From assembly GCA_030390025.1 (NCBI GenBank), contig CM059433.1:137144001-137208000 (forward strand): DNA of 64,000 nucleotides, written 5' to 3'. Made by a program: the position numbers and the translations under genes. The stretch is from Squalus acanthias (lineage: Eukaryota). The notes beneath the pieces are model-generated. The model was not told the origin of the DNA. It did not search any database and saw nothing but the letters and a program-made list of their open reading frames with translations. This document shows, one piece after another, positions 62,193 to 64,000 of the stretch (its first letter is position 1; each line of letters opens with the position of its first letter).

Positions 62193-62287
62193 GATAGCAA
62201 AATACTGCGGATGCTGGAAATCCGAAATAACAACAGAAAATGCTGGAAAAACTCAGCAGACCAGGCAGCATCCGTGGAGAGAGAAAC
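62193..62287 (-). mobile_element. 95-bp Penelope-derived insertion
   Basis: Perfect 11-bp TSD attactcatac (62182-62192 / 62288-62298); overlaps in sequence with 28813-28874. Confidence 0.85.
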
Positions 62288-63398
62288 ATTACTCATACAT
62301 GGCTACACAAAAATCAGGACTGGGAATTAAACATTGCAGGAAATAACCTATTTAGAAAAGATAGGGAGGGAAAAAGGGGAGGTGGAGTAGCTGTACTTAT
62401 TAGGGATAACATAATGGCAGTAGAAGAAAGTGATGCAGATATCAGCAAGACAAAAATAGAATCCATATGGATAGAGATAAAAGATAAAAAAGGATCAATC
62501 ACACTAATAGGCATAGTCTACAGACCACCTAATAGTGGAAGGGAGGTGGAGGAAGAAATATGCAGACAAATTAGGGAAATGAGTAAAAAACATAGAATAA
62601 TAATCATGGAGGATTTCAACTACCCTGATATTAATTGGACGGAAGAGGTAGGTAAAGGGGATAAGGGAATGGAGTTCCTACAATGTGTACAGGACTCCTT
62701 TCTAACCCAATATGTAAAAAGCCCAACAAGGGAGGATTCGCTATTAGATCTAGTAATGGGGAATGAACCAGAGCAGATAAGAGATGTAAAAGTAGGGGAA
62801 CATCTCGGCAATAGTGACCATAATATAATACGCTGTAAGATGATAATTGGGAAGGACGTAAGTATGACAGAACCAGGTTAATAGATTGGAGAAAAGCTGA
62901 TTTTGAGGGGCTGAGAATAGAACTGGGGGAAAAAAATGGGCAACAATATTGGCAAACAACGATGTAAAACAGCAATGGGAAACATTTAAAATGGTGTTCA
63001 ACAGAGTGCCGGAAAAATATATTCCGCTGAAAGGAAAGAACAAATTAAACAATAATGAGACTCCATGGATGAATAAAGCCATAAGGGAACAATTGAGGGT
63101 AAGAAAAGAGGCATATATTAAATACATAGACATCAGGGGAGTGCACGATAAGAGAGAATACGAAAAGATTAGGAGAGAGATCAAAAAAACAATTAGGGAG
63201 GCAAAGGGGAACTATGAAATTAAATTATCAAGCAACATTAAACAAAATAGTAAAATATTTTACAGGCACGTCAATAAATTATATTTTTGCCATCTCTCTA
63301 GCGTTACCTGTGGTATTATCCTGTCTATCCCTTAATGGCACTATTCCCATCCCAACGCTGGTTACTGGTGTGTGCTCAGGTAACTCTGGAGTGTCATA

Positions 63399-64000
63399 GG
63401 GCTCGATTTTGCCAGGCTTGAGGAGGCGGGAATAGAGGCGTGTGGGGTGTAAAATTGCAAAAAATGGCAGGCGGGCCCGACCCCGCCTCCAAGCAATTTT
63501 CCCAAATGCGTGGTTTGTGATCCCGTCTCCGTCCCGCCTCCAAGAGGCGCGATAGGCCCTTAAGGCCACTAACAACCACTTAATTGCCTCTATAATCCCA
63601 TTTTGAGAGGCCTTTCTGATTTTAAGACGTTTCTGACGTGATGCACGCCTCCTCTGAAACACGACGGTGACGTGATGCACGCCTCCTCTGAAACACGACG
63701 GTGACGTGATGCACGCCTCCTCTGAAACACGACGGTGAAACCTGGCGGTAGCATACTTGCATTGCTGACTATCAGCTGCAGGTCCACCATTGAGATAAGG
63801 GGATCATCCTCCTCCTCCTCCTCCTCCTCCTACTACAACTACTTCTACTCCTCCTACTCCTACTACTCCGACTACTACTCCTCCTACTCCTACTACTACT
63901 ACTCCTCCTCCTACTCCTCCTCCTACTCCTACTCCTGTTCCTGCTCCTGCTCCTACTCCACATTTTGGGAGCAAACTTAGGTCTCCTGCTGCTCATTTTG
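63399..64000. mobile_element. End of another Harbinger element of the 33041-36288 family (runs off the window)
   Basis: GGGCTCGATTTTGCCAGG TIR; reverse-complement match to ~35950-36288; 34-bp triplication at 63635-63736; (TCC/TAC)n tract at ~63807-63960. Confidence 0.85.

Larger units (their letters stand above)
57793..63280 (+). mobile_element. CR1 5' part: ORF1 (Zn finger/leucine zipper + SGNH esterase, ~57793-58689 and ~61863-61905) and ORF2 endonuclease (~62085-63280)
   Basis: MAGQV..CSMWEF; VVVIGDSIIRG; VCCLPG; VHVGTND; LHLN; then YRPPN, DFNYPDINW, SDHN. Confidence 0.85.

Noticed and set aside
63735-63996. Ser/Tyr-rich and Arg/Ser-rich ORFs
   Set aside because: Translations of a (TCC/TAC)n microsatellite.

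Overview
Vertebrate genomic DNA, most likely a cartilaginous fish (shark), inferred from the repeat families. The window lies inside an axonemal dynein heavy chain gene (DNAH8) on the minus strand. Three coding exons (50746-50981, 23685-23789 and the start of one at 1-27) are separated by introns of 26,956 and 23,657 bp that consist almost entirely of nested mobile elements: several CR1 LINE families, L2 fragments, DeuSINE-like tRNA SINEs, Penelope-like elements with hammerhead ribozyme motifs, and PIF/Harbinger transposons and MITEs. Two things stand out. (1) An LTR retroelement remnant (5952-9344, plus a solo LTR at 15847-17485) keeps an open 397-codon envelope frame that resembles a paramyxovirus F-type fusion protein, as in lokiretroviruses, with a 1.7-kb LTR and 4-bp TSDs. 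(2) An orphan, unrearranged antigen-receptor V-segment fragment (TCR alpha/delta-like) with a near-perfect 23-bp-spacer RSS (22022-22293) is fused to a LINE end inside the dynein intron. Also notable: an ORF1-less LINE with a SINE-like 5' end, Harbinger elements that kept the Myb/SANT gene but lost the transposase core, and a near-intact Neptune-type Penelope element with inverted termini. All family assignments are by eye from motifs; no database search was run, and repeat boundaries without a stated TSD are approximate.
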